Part shown: positions 43,399 to 53,057 of the stretch, piece by piece | How positions within the stretch are numbered: the first letter of the stretch is position 1 | Layout of the letters: the number at the start of each line of letters is the position of its first letter | Assembly (NCBI GenBank): GCA_035526925.1 | Contig: DATLBL010000100.1 | Coordinates: 37,570 to 101,569 of the forward strand | Source of the DNA: Gemmatimonadales bacterium | GTDB taxonomy: Bacteria > Gemmatimonadota > Gemmatimonadetes > Gemmatimonadales > GWC2-71-9 | DNA: 64,000 nt | Direction: 5' to 3' | Program-made: the position numbers and the translations under genes | The notes under the pieces: model-generated | The model's input: only the letters and a program-made list of their open reading frames with translations | Databases searched by the model: none | Told to the model about the DNA's origin: nothing

Positions 43399-44931
43399 TC
43401 AGCCGGGATTTGCGTTTCCTGCCCGGACGATCCGGCCGGTCGCCGGAGCCGCCACTTCTCCACGCAAGGAATCCGCTACGTACTTCGTCAGCAGGTCCGC
43501 CGCGCGCGGTGCGCTGTCCCGCACGGCGCAGGCGGACTGCGCCTCGGGAATCTGGTAACCGTCGCCGCCTTCGCATGCCGGATAGACCGGGATGGCCACC
43601 TTGAGCGTGTCTCCGGCGCCGATCGTGGGGCCCGCCCTGCGACGCAGCTCTCCCTGAATCCGGGCGCCGGAAGGTTTGGCCGGATCGTAGGTGTAGGACA
43701 CGCCTGAAACCTGCAGGAAACCGCCCTTGCCGAGCGAGCCGTCGGCGACTCCGTGTTCCAGGAGATCCCGAAGCCGGGCGCCGGTCAGCGGGACGGTGAG
43801 CACGCGGGTTTCGTCGGGGAACAGGAAGATCGACTCAAGCTGGTAGCTGCTGATCGGACCGGGCCGGATCACGTCATCCAGGCGGAGCGTTCCGGCGTTG
43901 AGCAAGGCCACGTCGGTGCCGGTGCCCCAACGCATCGCGTCGGTCACCAGGTCGCCCAGCATCGACTCCTGCCGTCGGCCCAGCTCGTCCCTCGCGTCGA
44001 TCGGCACGGAGGTGCGGCCGGCGGGCCGCTCGGGTCCGAGCCGCGCTCGGAGACTGTCCTCCCATCGTTCCACGATCAGGCTGACCGACGTGTCGGCGGG
44101 GAGGCGGTTGTCGATCTTCACTAAACCGACCGCCTGCCGCCAGGCGCCCTTGCCGCCCCAGAGCGTCACGAACTGGGCGGAGCGGGAGTTGGCATCGGCC
44201 TTGACGACGTGGCGGCCGGACACGATCGAATCCTGCGCCTCGTGCTCGTGGCCGCCGAGGATCAGGTCCAGCCGCGGCTCGCGGCCCAGGAGGTCGCGGT
44301 CGGCCTGGATGGTCTGGTGGGTGAGTCCCACGACCAGCTCGGCACCCTGGGCGACCAGCGTGTCGATCGCCTGATGGGCGGCGCTGTCCGGGTCGCTGCA
44401 GCGATAGGCTTTCCGGTACGCGCCCTGGAGCGTGACGGCGAACAGGCCGACCTTCTGGCCGGAGACCCGGACCGTGTCCCACGGGATCACCTTGGCGAAC
44501 GGCGTGCCGTCGGCGCGGGTGCAGTTGCTGGACATCCATTTGAAGGCGGATTCGGCGATCCGGGCCTCGAGCGTGTCGAGCGGAAGCTCGAACTCGTGGT
44601 TGCCGAACGTGGCGTAGTCGAGCTTGGCCGCATTGAACGCCTCGACCATCTGGCGGCCGGAGTAGTACTTGCTCAGCAGGCTCGGACTCAGGACATCGCC
44701 GGCCAGCACGAACAGGACCGGACCCTGGTCGGCGAGTCGCTGACGGACGGTAGCCACCCGCGCCAGGCCGCCCTTCCCGTCGGCCATCGTATCCGCTACG
44801 TACACGTCGTTGACGAGCCGGAAGCGTACCGGGTTGAGCGGTTCGGGCTTGCCGGCGCCGCCGGCACACGCGGCGGCCCCCAGGCAGGCCGCGACCGCGA
44901 CCAGTCCTTTCACTCCAGCACGTACCCTCAC
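43399..44931 (-). CDS. bifunctional metallophosphatase / 5'-nucleotidase lipoprotein
   Basis: LVAVAACLGAAAC is lipobox-like. Calcineurin-like motifs are GDVLSP, GNHEFE and GGHEHE, and there is a C-terminal 5'-nucleotidase domain. The GTG at 44931 overlaps the HD gene stop (GTGA); an alternative GTG lies at 44913. Confidence 0.78.
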   Translation of the reverse strand: MRVRAGVKGLVAVAACLGAAACAGGAGKPEPLNPVRFRLVNDVYVADTMADGKGGLARVATVRQRLADQGPVLFVLAGDVLSPSLLSKYYSGRQMVEAFNAAKLDYATFGNHEFELPLDTLEARIAESAFKWMSSNCTRADGTPFAKVIPWDTVRVSGQKVGLFAVTLQGAYRKAYRCSDPDSAAHQAIDTLVAQGAELVVGLTHQTIQADRDLLGREPRLDLILGGHEHEAQDSIVSGRHVVKADANSRSAQFVTLWGGKGAWRQAVGLVKIDNRLPADTSVSLIVERWEDSLRARLGPERPAGRTSVPIDARDELGRRQESMLGDLVTDAMRWGTGTDVALLNAGTLRLDDVIRPGPISSYQLESIFLFPDETRVLTVPLTGARLRDLLEHGVADGSLGKGGFLQVSGVSYTYDPAKPSGARIQGELRRRAGPTIGAGDTLKVAIPVYPACEGGDGYQIPEAQSACAVRDSAPRAADLLTKYVADSLRGEVAAPATGRIVRAGNANPG

Positions 44932-45545
44932 AGCCCCTCCTCGCTTTGCCGTAGACTCCGCACCATGTCCGCGCTCATCAGCCGTAGCTCCGACAGCATC
45001 TCCCGCCGCGGCCAGTCGCTCCGGGCGGCCAGGATCTCCAGCAGCGATCGATACCACCAGATGGTTTGCTCGGAGCCGGCGCGCGACACCGTCCGGAGAT
45101 ACTCCACGCCCAGCCGGCGCAGGGCCGTCATGGTCGAACCGCAGGCGTGGAGCTCGTCGGCCACGATGATGTCCAGCGCGCGCGGCTCGGCGATGGCGAG
45201 CTGCGAGAGGTATTCCTGCTTGCAGGCCTGCCACGGGCGCTCGTCCCCGCGCCGGGTGAATTTGGGCTCGAGCGCATCCCGCGCCACCGCGAGCGCCACC
45301 GGCCCGAATTTCTCCGAGATCTTCTGCTCGAGGGCCGGCCACTGCTCGGGTGAGCTCTCCTCCAACACGTGGTGGAGGATGCCGGCCACGATCGTCACCT
45401 GCTCGCAGCCGTAGCGCGCGAGAATGATCGCGACGTTGGCGGGGTGGGCCAGGTAATCCATGCCCGCGCCCACCGGGGCGAGCGCATTGTAATACTTAGC
45501 CGCGAATGCGAACGCGTGATTGATGCGGTCGGAATAGCCGTGCAT
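44928..45545 (-). CDS. HD-superfamily-like protein with a non-canonical motif
   Basis: From ATG 45545 it reads MHGYSDRINHAFAFAAKYY...YLAHPANVAIILARYG...AGILHHVLEE. This resembles SpoT/RelA-type HD hydrolase domains, but the HD dyad reads HH. Confidence 0.55.
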   Translation of the reverse strand: MHGYSDRINHAFAFAAKYYNALAPVGAGMDYLAHPANVAIILARYGCEQVTIVAGILHHVLEESSPEQWPALEQKISEKFGPVALAVARDALEPKFTRRGDERPWQACKQEYLSQLAIAEPRALDIIVADELHACGSTMTALRRLGVEYLRTVSRAGSEQTIWWYRSLLEILAARSDWPRREMLSELRLMSADMVRSLRQSEEGL

Positions 45546-45717
45546 GCGGGGTGGGTTGAGGTACGAACCTTGGCTGCGCGAAAACGCCGTCCATCCTGCC
45601 GGGCGACGCAAGGGACCCGCGCGGCTGCGGGTTGACCCCGGTCCGGCAAGGTCCCTTGAATCGCTCGTTATGACGGGGCGGCCCGAAGGTTCAAGGACGC
45701 GCCGATCCCTAATGCCG

Positions 45718-46356
45718 TCACGGAATGCCGAGAAGCTTATGCGTCTGGAGGCTCAGTCGCCAGCGCGGATGGGTCAGGCAGTACTGCAGCGCCGCCCGAG
45801 TATTCGCCTCGCGCGCGGGACCATCCATGGGCTGCAGAAAGAAGTGTCGAAATTCCAGCCCGGCAAACCGCTCCGGTTCGGCGCCCGTCTGCGGGTACAC
45901 CAGCTTCAACTCGTCGCCGCGGGCGACGATCAGCGGGGCGTCGGCCTTGGGGCTTACACACAGCCAATCGATGCCGGGCGGCGGCTCGATTGTGCCGTTC
46001 GTCTCGACCGCCACCTCGAACCCCGCGGAGTGAAGCGCCTCCACCAGCGGCGCATCCAGCTGGAGCAGCGGCTCGCCGCCGGTGCAGACCACCAGTGGGC
46101 GGGCGAGTGGATCACCCGCGGGCCACGCGGATGCGACGGCCGCCGCCAGCTCCGCCGGAGTCCGAAACTTCCCCCCGCCCGCACCGTCGGTGCCTACGAA
46201 GTCGGTGTCGCAGAACCTGCAGACGGCATCGGCCCGGTCCTCCTCGCGGCCAGTCCACAGATTGCAGCCCGCGAACCGGCAGAACACTGCGGGGCGTCCG
46301 GCGTTCGCCCCCTCGCCCTGCAGCGTGTAAAAAATCTCCTTGACCGCGTACGTCAC
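45718..46356 (-). CDS. queE: 7-carboxy-7-deazaguanine synthase (radical SAM)
   Basis: [49 protein letters not shown] contains a CX14CX2C cluster motif. The GTG at 46356 overlaps the queC stop (GTGA). Confidence 0.85.
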   Translation of the reverse strand: MTYAVKEIFYTLQGEGANAGRPAVFCRFAGCNLWTGREEDRADAVCRFCDTDFVGTDGAGGGKFRTPAELAAAVASAWPAGDPLARPLVVCTGGEPLLQLDAPLVEALHSAGFEVAVETNGTIEPPPGIDWLCVSPKADAPLIVARGDELKLVYPQTGAEPERFAGLEFRHFFLQPMDGPAREANTRAALQYCLTHPRWRLSLQTHKLLGIP

Positions 46357-47051
46357 GCGTGGGCGGCCTGATACCGCGCGGGATCCGGCACGCCGGCCTC
46401 CTCGAAACCCTTGAGCCGGAGGGCGCACGCCTCGCATCGTCCGCACGCGGCACCATCGGAGGCCGGATCGTAGCAGGTGCTCGTGATTCCGAAGTCGAGG
46501 CCGAGAGACAGACCTCGGGCGACGATCTGCGCCTTGGTGAGCATGAGGAGCGGCGCATGAATGGTGAGGCGTGCGCCCTCCACACCCGCGCGCGTCGCCA
46601 GATCCGCCATCCTCGCGTACGCGTCGAGGTACTCGGGGCGGCAGTCGGGATAGCCGCTGTAGTCGAGCGCGTTGGCGCCGAGAAAAATGTCGCGGGCGCC
46701 GAGCGTTTCGGCCCAGGCGAGGGCGAGCGACAGAAAGATCGTATTGCGGGCCGGCACGTAGGTCGACGGGATGCGCGCCCCGATCTCCTCCGGCGGAGTG
46801 TTCTTCGGCACCGGCATGTCGGACGTGAGCGCGGAGCCGCCGAACGCCCGCAGATCGAGGTCGATCACGACGTGCCGCTCGATCCCGAGCCGATGGGCCA
46901 CGCGTCGCGCGGCGTTCAGCTCGATGGCGTGGCGCTGCCCGTAGCGGACGCTGAGCGCGTGCACATCGTATCCGTCGCGCTGGGCAATCGCCGCGGTCGT
47001 GGCCGAATCCATGCCGCCGCTCAGGAGGACGACGGCTTTCCGAGGGATCAT
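46353..47051 (-). CDS. queC: 7-cyano-7-deazaguanine synthase
   Basis: From ATG 47051 it reads [21 protein letters not shown] (PP-loop SGGMDS). The C-terminal zinc cysteines are CYDP...CGRCEAC. Confidence 0.9.
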   Translation of the reverse strand: MIPRKAVVLLSGGMDSATTAAIAQRDGYDVHALSVRYGQRHAIELNAARRVAHRLGIERHVVIDLDLRAFGGSALTSDMPVPKNTPPEEIGARIPSTYVPARNTIFLSLALAWAETLGARDIFLGANALDYSGYPDCRPEYLDAYARMADLATRAGVEGARLTIHAPLLMLTKAQIVARGLSLGLDFGITSTCYDPASDGAACGRCEACALRLKGFEEAGVPDPARYQAAHA

Positions 47052-47128
47052 GCGGGTAAGGTAATGCGGTGGGATCGCCCCGTCGTGGCGAAGGTCCGCC
47101 CCGTGCCCCGGGCGGAGCTCACGTCCGA

Positions 47129-48526
47129 TCACATGGCGCGACGAGGACGCCCGAGCAGGAACCGGAGGGCGGCCTCCAGCTCCGGGTAGCGGAAGGAGTA
47201 TCCCGACTCGAGCAGCCGGGCCGGCAGGACGCGCGCACTCGACAACAGGGCCACATCGGCCATCTCGCCGAACGCCAGGCGGAGCGCCGCCGCGGGCACG
47301 GGCACGACGGCCGGGCGGCCCAGCACCCGCCCCAGGGTGGCGGCGAACTCGGCCGAGGTCACGGGCGTGGGGGCGGTGACGTTGACCGGACCCGTGATCG
47401 TATCCGACATGAGGGCGTGGTAGATGGCGCAGACCAGATCGTCGATGGCGATCCAGCTCACATACTGTCGCCCGCTTCCGAGCGGTCCGCCCAGCCCGAG
47501 GCGGAACGGCGGCAGCTGCCGCCCGAGCGCTCCGCCCGCCGGCGTCAGGACGATGCCGAATCGAGCCAATACCGTGCGGATTCCGGAGTCGGCGGCCGGG
47601 CCCGTGGCGCTCTCCCATTCGCGTGCGACGTCGGTCAAGAAGTCGGGAGGCGCCCCGGCCGTCGGGCTCGTCTCGGTCAGCGTCTCGTCACCGCGATTGC
47701 CATAGATGCCGATGGCCGAGGCCGAGACGAAGACGCGCGGCGGCCGGTCCAGGTAGGCGATCGTCTCGGCCAGAAATCGCGTGCCGATTTCGCGGCTCTC
47801 CCGGATGCGGCGCCGGCGGTCGGTGGTCCAGCGCGCCGCGATGTTTTCGCCGGCCAGGTGCACGATCGCATCCAGGCCTTCGAGCTTGGCACGCTCCACG
47901 CGCCCATGGTTGTAGTTCCAGGCGACCTCTCCGGCATCAGCGTGTCCCCGCACCAGCCGGATCACGGTGTGGCCGCCGGTGGTCAGGAACGGCACCAGCG
48001 CTCGGCCGACGAGACCGCTGGCGCCGGTGACCGCGATACGAAGCCGCGGAAGGTGTGCGTAGCGGGCGTGCGCTTCGAGATCGCGTCCGAGCAGCTCGTG
48101 GCGATAGCTCAGCATCCGCTCGAGACGCGGCCGAATCAGCAGCGGCTCGCCCGCGGCGCCCGCGGCGCCAAGCGGCGCCGCATACTCGATCCGGTCGGTC
48201 ATCACGCACGCGGATGCGCCGTCCGGCTCGAACCGGTGCAGATGCCGCCAGCGAGCGAATGGCCCTTCCACCTGCTCATCGGCGAACTGCCGATCGCGCT
48301 CGTAGTCGAGGTGACGGGCGACCCACCGCAGTCCGATCGGCGTCCCGATCCGAAGCACGACACGACCTCCGTCCTCAATCCCACCGGTTCGCTCGAGCAC
48401 CCTGGCGTGCTCCCACGGCGGTGTGAGGCGCTCGAACGCGCCCGGCTGCTCGTGCCATCCGAACACCGTGCTGGTGGGAAACGGAAGTCTGCTGGACCGT
48501 TCGACCACCGCGGGAGAATGTGGCAT
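47129..48526 (-). CDS. SRPBCC-domain / TIGR01777 (YfcH-like atypical SDR epimerase) fusion protein
   Basis: An N-terminal lipid-binding-fold-like region of about 150 aa is followed by [14 protein letters not shown] Rossmann and a DUF1731-like C-terminus ([25 protein letters not shown]). Confidence 0.72.
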   Translation of the reverse strand: MPHSPAVVERSSRLPFPTSTVFGWHEQPGAFERLTPPWEHARVLERTGGIEDGGRVVLRIGTPIGLRWVARHLDYERDRQFADEQVEGPFARWRHLHRFEPDGASACVMTDRIEYAAPLGAAGAAGEPLLIRPRLERMLSYRHELLGRDLEAHARYAHLPRLRIAVTGASGLVGRALVPFLTTGGHTVIRLVRGHADAGEVAWNYNHGRVERAKLEGLDAIVHLAGENIAARWTTDRRRRIRESREIGTRFLAETIAYLDRPPRVFVSASAIGIYGNRGDETLTETSPTAGAPPDFLTDVAREWESATGPAADSGIRTVLARFGIVLTPAGGALGRQLPPFRLGLGGPLGSGRQYVSWIAIDDLVCAIYHALMSDTITGPVNVTAPTPVTSAEFAATLGRVLGRPAVVPVPAAALRLAFGEMADVALLSSARVLPARLLESGYSFRYPELEAALRFLLGRPRRAM

Positions 48527-48557
48527 CGTCGCTGGGTTTTCCTATAATTGCTGGATC

Positions 48558-49001
48558 GTGACCATCGCGCGCTTCGGTCGACTCGCGCTCTCCACCCTCC
48601 GGCTTGGCTCGTGTGCCGCCGGCCGGCACCGCCGAACGCTCCGCCGGACTGCATCGTCGACCGGGTCGTGCACGGCGACACCTTCTACTGCCGCGATCGG
48701 CGAAAGGTTCGCCTCATCGGCGTCGACGGCCCCAAGGGGGCAGGGCTCGGCGGGCCGCCAGGCGCGAGCGGCGCTGGCACGGCCGGCACCCGTCGGACGC
48801 GGGGTCCGTGTCGAGGGCGACGTGAGCGCGACGGACGGCTATGACCGCGTCCTCGCGTGGGTGTGGGCCGACCGAACGCTCGTCAATGAAGCGATGGTGC
48901 GCGACGGCTGGGCCCTGCTGTACACCGTTCCACCCGACGTAAAGTATGCCGATCGGGTCGAGCGGGTGCAAAACGAGGCGCGCGCCCGCAGCGCGCCGTA
49001 A
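48558..49001 (+). pseudogene. thermonuclease (SNase)-family lipoprotein gene whose homology switches frame twice
   Basis: The frame of ORF 48423..49001 gives a lipoprotein-like leader (VTIARFGRLALSTLRLGSC) and the SNase C-terminus (DGYDRVLAWVWADRTLVNEAMVRDGWALLYTVPPDVKYA). The SNase N-terminal motif (CIVDRVVHGDTFYC..KVRLIGVDGP) is in the frame of ORF 48548..48844. The second switch sits at a G5 run at 48736..48740. Confidence 0.5.
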
Positions 49002-49031
49002 GTTGTCGCAACCCACTCCCATGGAGCCCGC

Positions 49032-50954
49032 ATGATCGGTCGACTCACAGGCGTGATCCTTCTCGGTCTCGGAATCGCGGGGCGAGCGCATGCACAAACC
49101 GCCGACTCGGCCGGATCGCCGTTCCGCCCGCTCGTGCTTCCGGCGCCGAACGACGTGCGTACGGGCGCGGGACGCCCGGGCCGGGGCTACTGGCAGCAGC
49201 GTGCGGATTACCGCATCCAAGCTACGCTCGATCCCTCGCGCCACGAGCTTCGCGGGCGGGAGACGATCCACTACCTGAACCGCAGTCCCGACGCGCTTCC
49301 GTACCTCTGGATCTTCCTCGAGCAGAACATCTGCGCCCCGGGCAGTGTCACGAGTCAGCTGGACCAGCCGCCGCTGGTCTTTCTGGGGTCCACCTTCGAC
49401 TTCTCCTGCAAGGGGTTCCAGGGCGGCATCACGCTGGAGCACGTGCGCGTAGGGACCCGTGCCGCCACGACGACGCTCACTGGAACCACCATGCGGGTGG
49501 ACTTGCCGCGGCCGCTCGCGCCCGGCGCATTCCTGGACCTCGATATCGGCTGGCGGTTCACCGTTCCCGACTACGGGGCCGGCCGGATGGGACGTGACGG
49601 CACGCTGTACGAGATGGGCCAGTGGTACCCGCGGGTCGCGGTGTACGACGACGTGCGCGGCTGGAACCACGAGCCCTACATCGGCGGTGGGGAGTTCTAT
49701 CTCGAGTATGGCCGGTTCGATGTCGCGCTCACGGTGCCGGCGGACTACGTCGTCGGAGCCACGGGCGTGCTGCTCAATCCCGAGCAGGTGCTCACCCCGA
49801 CCCAGCGCAGCCGATTGGCCCGTGCGCGAATGTCGGCGGCGCCCGTCGCGATCATCACAGCCGAGGAGGCGGGAAACTCCGCCCGTACGCGACCGGCCGC
49901 CTCCGGCACGCTCGTCTGGCGTTTCTCGGCCGACAGTGTCCGCGACTTCGCGTTCGGGGCGGCCCCCGATTTTCGGTGGGACGCCAGCGCCTACCGCGCC
50001 ACGCTCGTGCACACGCTCTACCGGGCGACCGCCCCCGAATGGGAGGAGGCCAACCGGATGGTGCGGGACGCGGTCGAGTACTACAGCGAGCAGTGGTACC
50101 CGTATCCCTACCCGCACATCACGAGCATCGAGGGTCCGATCGAGGGCATGGAGTATCCGATGATCACCTTCGACCCGCGCGCGCCCAGCCGCGAGGAGCG
50201 CCAGTGGGTGCTGGCGCACGAGCTCGGTCATCAGTGGGTGCCGATGATCGTGGGATCCAACGAGCGGCTGTATCCGTGGATGGACGAGGGATTCAACACG
50301 TTCATCGACCTGGCCAATGCCGCGCGCTATTTCAAGGGTACGCCCTACGGTGACAGCATCGAGGTGCATCCGCTGCATCTCTACCCCGATCACGCCGATC
50401 CCAGGCGCGAAGAGGCGCTCATCCGCCGGCCGGTGGAGTCGCGCGACCTGTTCTGGACCGGGTACCAGAAGCCGGCGCTGATGATGCAGACGCTGCGGTA
50501 CGAGGTTCTCGGTCGCGAGCGGTTCGACCACGCGTTTCGCGCGTATCTCCGCGCGTGGGCCTACAAGCATCCCACCCCGGCCGATTTCTTCCGACTCATG
50601 CGGGACGCCTCAGGGATGGATCTGGATTTCTTCTGGCGGGATTGGATCTATACCACTGCGCGGCTCGACCAGGCCGTGGATTCCGTCGCGACCGTCGGCG
50701 GGGAACAGAAGGTGTTCGTGTCGAGCCGCGGCACGATGACGCTCCCACTCGAGATGGAGCTCACGTACGCGGACGGCGCCAGCGAGCGGGTGGGCCTGCC
50801 GGTGGAGATGTGGAATTTGGGGTCGCGCTTCGCGTATCGGGTACGAGGTGAGAAGCGGGTGAAGGACGTGGTCATCGATCCGCGAGGCGTGCTGCCGGAT
50901 GTCGATCGGGGCAACAACCGCCTCGGAGCCGGTCCAGGCGCGGCCGCCCGCTGA
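49032..50954 (+). CDS. secreted M1-family metallopeptidase
   Basis: Signal peptide MIGRLTGVILLGLGIAGRAHAQ. The zinc motif is HELGHQW followed by WMDEGF. Confidence 0.85.
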   Translation: MIGRLTGVILLGLGIAGRAHAQTADSAGSPFRPLVLPAPNDVRTGAGRPGRGYWQQRADYRIQATLDPSRHELRGRETIHYLNRSPDALPYLWIFLEQNICAPGSVTSQLDQPPLVFLGSTFDFSCKGFQGGITLEHVRVGTRAATTTLTGTTMRVDLPRPLAPGAFLDLDIGWRFTVPDYGAGRMGRDGTLYEMGQWYPRVAVYDDVRGWNHEPYIGGGEFYLEYGRFDVALTVPADYVVGATGVLLNPEQVLTPTQRSRLARARMSAAPVAIITAEEAGNSARTRPAASGTLVWRFSADSVRDFAFGAAPDFRWDASAYRATLVHTLYRATAPEWEEANRMVRDAVEYYSEQWYPYPYPHITSIEGPIEGMEYPMITFDPRAPSREERQWVLAHELGHQWVPMIVGSNERLYPWMDEGFNTFIDLANAARYFKGTPYGDSIEVHPLHLYPDHADPRREEALIRRPVESRDLFWTGYQKPALMMQTLRYEVLGRERFDHAFRAYLRAWAYKHPTPADFFRLMRDASGMDLDFFWRDWIYTTARLDQAVDSVATVGGEQKVFVSSRGTMTLPLEMELTYADGASERVGLPVEMWNLGSRFAYRVRGEKRVKDVVIDPRGVLPDVDRGNNRLGAGPGAAAR

Positions 50955-50976
50955 GCTCGCTCCGCGACGGTGTCGA

Positions 50977-52056
50977 CTAGCCCCGGGCGCGCCTGACCAG
51001 CAGCAGGTCGGTGATGTTGTCCATCGTGAGCATGCCCACCAGCACCCCGCCGGCATCCACGACCGGTAGCGCCGGCAGTCCGCTTGACCGCAGCCGGTCG
51101 AGCGCCTCGTGAAAACCGAGCGTCGGCGATACCGGTGGTGCCGCCGACGTCATCGCGTCGGCCACGACGGCGTTCGGGCCACTCCGGCTCAGGCCACGGA
51201 TAAGATTGTCGCGGGTGAGAATGCCCTCGGTTCGGCCGAGGTTGTCCACTACCGGGAACTCACGCTGTTCGCCGGCCAGGAGCAGATCCACGGCCTGCGA
51301 CAGCGTGGCATGCACCGGGATCGTCTGGAACTGGGTCACCATCATCTGCGAAACCCTCAGGCCCTGGCCCGCCACGCGGGTGGCCACCGCACTGGCCTCG
51401 CTGCCGGCGCCCAGGAAGATGAAGAACGCGACGAGCATGGTGAGCGGCGCGTCCGCGACGACGCCAAGGATGCCGAGCGCGACGGCGAAGATCTGACCCA
51501 CCACGCCCGCGATGCGGGTGGCGCGAGCCAGGCCGAGCCGGCGTGCGAGCAGCGCGCGCAGCACCCGCCCTCCGTCGAGCGGAAACGCCGGGAGCAAATT
51601 GAACGCGAGCACGAAAACGTTGGAGATCAGCAGGCGTACGACGAAAGGCATGTCGGGGACGAACGGGTCGCGGAGCACGAGCCCCTGGCCGGACGCGAGC
51701 GAGAGCGCGAAGAGGGCCACGACGATCGCGAACGTCACCGCCGGCCCGGCGAGCGCGATCAGCAGCTCCTGTCGGGGCTCATCCGGGATCCGCTCGAGCC
51801 GCGCTACTCCGCCGATGGGGAGCAGGATGACGTCGGGGGTCCGGACGCCGAACCGGCGCGCCATCGTGATGTGGCCGAATTCGTGGAGGAGCACGCAGAG
51901 AAAGAAGACCACGAGGAAGAGCGTGTCCGTGACGGCAGCAGCCGCACCCGACTCGCGGTAGGCGGTGTACCCGAACCAGGCGAGGAGCAGGAGGAAGGTC
52001 ACGTGCACCTTGACCTCCGTGCCCCCGAATCGTCCGATCGTGTAGGACCACCGCAT
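50977..52056 (-). CDS. M50 site-2 protease family protein with a C-terminal CBS pair
   Basis: HEFGH lies in TM1 (LLHEFGHITMA), followed by NLLPAFPLDGG. The C-terminus has two CBS-like repeats. GGAGGAGGAG precedes the ATG. Confidence 0.85.
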   Translation of the reverse strand: MRWSYTIGRFGGTEVKVHVTFLLLLAWFGYTAYRESGAAAAVTDTLFLVVFFLCVLLHEFGHITMARRFGVRTPDVILLPIGGVARLERIPDEPRQELLIALAGPAVTFAIVVALFALSLASGQGLVLRDPFVPDMPFVVRLLISNVFVLAFNLLPAFPLDGGRVLRALLARRLGLARATRIAGVVGQIFAVALGILGVVADAPLTMLVAFFIFLGAGSEASAVATRVAGQGLRVSQMMVTQFQTIPVHATLSQAVDLLLAGEQREFPVVDNLGRTEGILTRDNLIRGLSRSGPNAVVADAMTSAAPPVSPTLGFHEALDRLRSSGLPALPVVDAGGVLVGMLTMDNITDLLLVRRARG

Positions 52057-52188
52057 GACCGCTCCTCCTCCGAACCGCGCCGGGCGCGGGCTGGAGGAAA
52101 GATATACCGGGCGGTATGCGGGTTTGCTGCACCATCACTGCGCCGGCGGGCACGTAGGGGCGGGACGGCCGCGGCCGTCCCTTGAAGA

Positions 52189-52854
52189 TCACCCCACCAC
52201 TCGAAGGCTCAACGGAGCCCGTGACGCGAACAGCACCGGTGCCGCGCAGACCATCCGCCCGTCTCCGAACGGCTCCCGCACCGGATGACGTTCGGCCCAC
52301 GCGGCCAGCGTCCGTCGAAAGATGATCTGCGCCTCGACCGACGGCAGGTTGAAATGGCGGACGTAGTGCATGATGGCGTCGTCGGGTCCCGCCTCGTCCT
52401 TAAGTAGCGCGACCGTTTCCAGCGCCATCGCCACATGGGTGGCCGCGATCGCTTCGTCCGACAGACTTGCCGCCATGCGGCAGTCCAGGCTGGTCTCGTC
52501 CTGCGCTTGCGCATGCCGGCGCACCGTCTCGAACAACTGGTCGGGACGGAGCTGCAGCCAGGCGCCGAACGCACGCGTCTCCGGTGCGCGATAGGCGCCG
52601 GCCGTGGGTGCGAGGGCGATGAGCGCTCGCGAGCGTACCGTTTCGCTCATCGGGTGCGGTACTCCCACCTCCCGGAAGTATCGATCCAGAGCTTCCTCGA
52701 CCCCGAGGCGTCCGCGAAGGCGATGTACGAAGTCCACCGCCTGAGTGCGATACGTATCGGCGAGCGACTCGAACGCCTTGGCAAATAAAACCTGCAGGCG
52801 GAGGCGCAGCGGGTGCGAGAACCGGCGGCTGGCAATCAGGCTGGGCGCGGCCAT
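52189..52854 (-). CDS. hypothetical protein
   Basis: From ATG 52854 (MAAPSLIASRRFSHPL...) the third codon positions are GC-rich in this frame, and GAGAGGGG lies upstream. I recognise no family. Confidence 0.5.
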   Translation of the reverse strand: MAAPSLIASRRFSHPLRLRLQVLFAKAFESLADTYRTQAVDFVHRLRGRLGVEEALDRYFREVGVPHPMSETVRSRALIALAPTAGAYRAPETRAFGAWLQLRPDQLFETVRRHAQAQDETSLDCRMAASLSDEAIAATHVAMALETVALLKDEAGPDDAIMHYVRHFNLPSVEAQIIFRRTLAAWAERHPVREPFGDGRMVCAAPVLFASRAPLSLRVVG

Positions 52855-53057
52855 GGTGCCCCTCTCTTCATTGAGACGGTGCAAGATCTGAGTCGTCCAG
52901 GTGTCGAATGGAACGACGGCTAAAAATGCGAGGATCGTGCCCGCTGGAGACCGCGAGGAACGTCGAGCGGTGTCGCGTAAGCTGTTGTTGAAGCTACTGT
53001 TGCGGTATGTGCGAGCGGCTGCAGGAGTGGGCGTTTTTGCCCGGTGTGGCGGGCGCG

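Noticed and set aside
47052-47128. preQ1 riboswitch upstream of queC (also checked 62717..62755 upstream of queF)
   Set aside because: I could not find the preQ1-I pattern (short P1 stem followed by an A-rich tail pairing into the SD) or anything resembling preQ1-II/III. Only a generic GC hairpin is present. A cmscan would be decisive.
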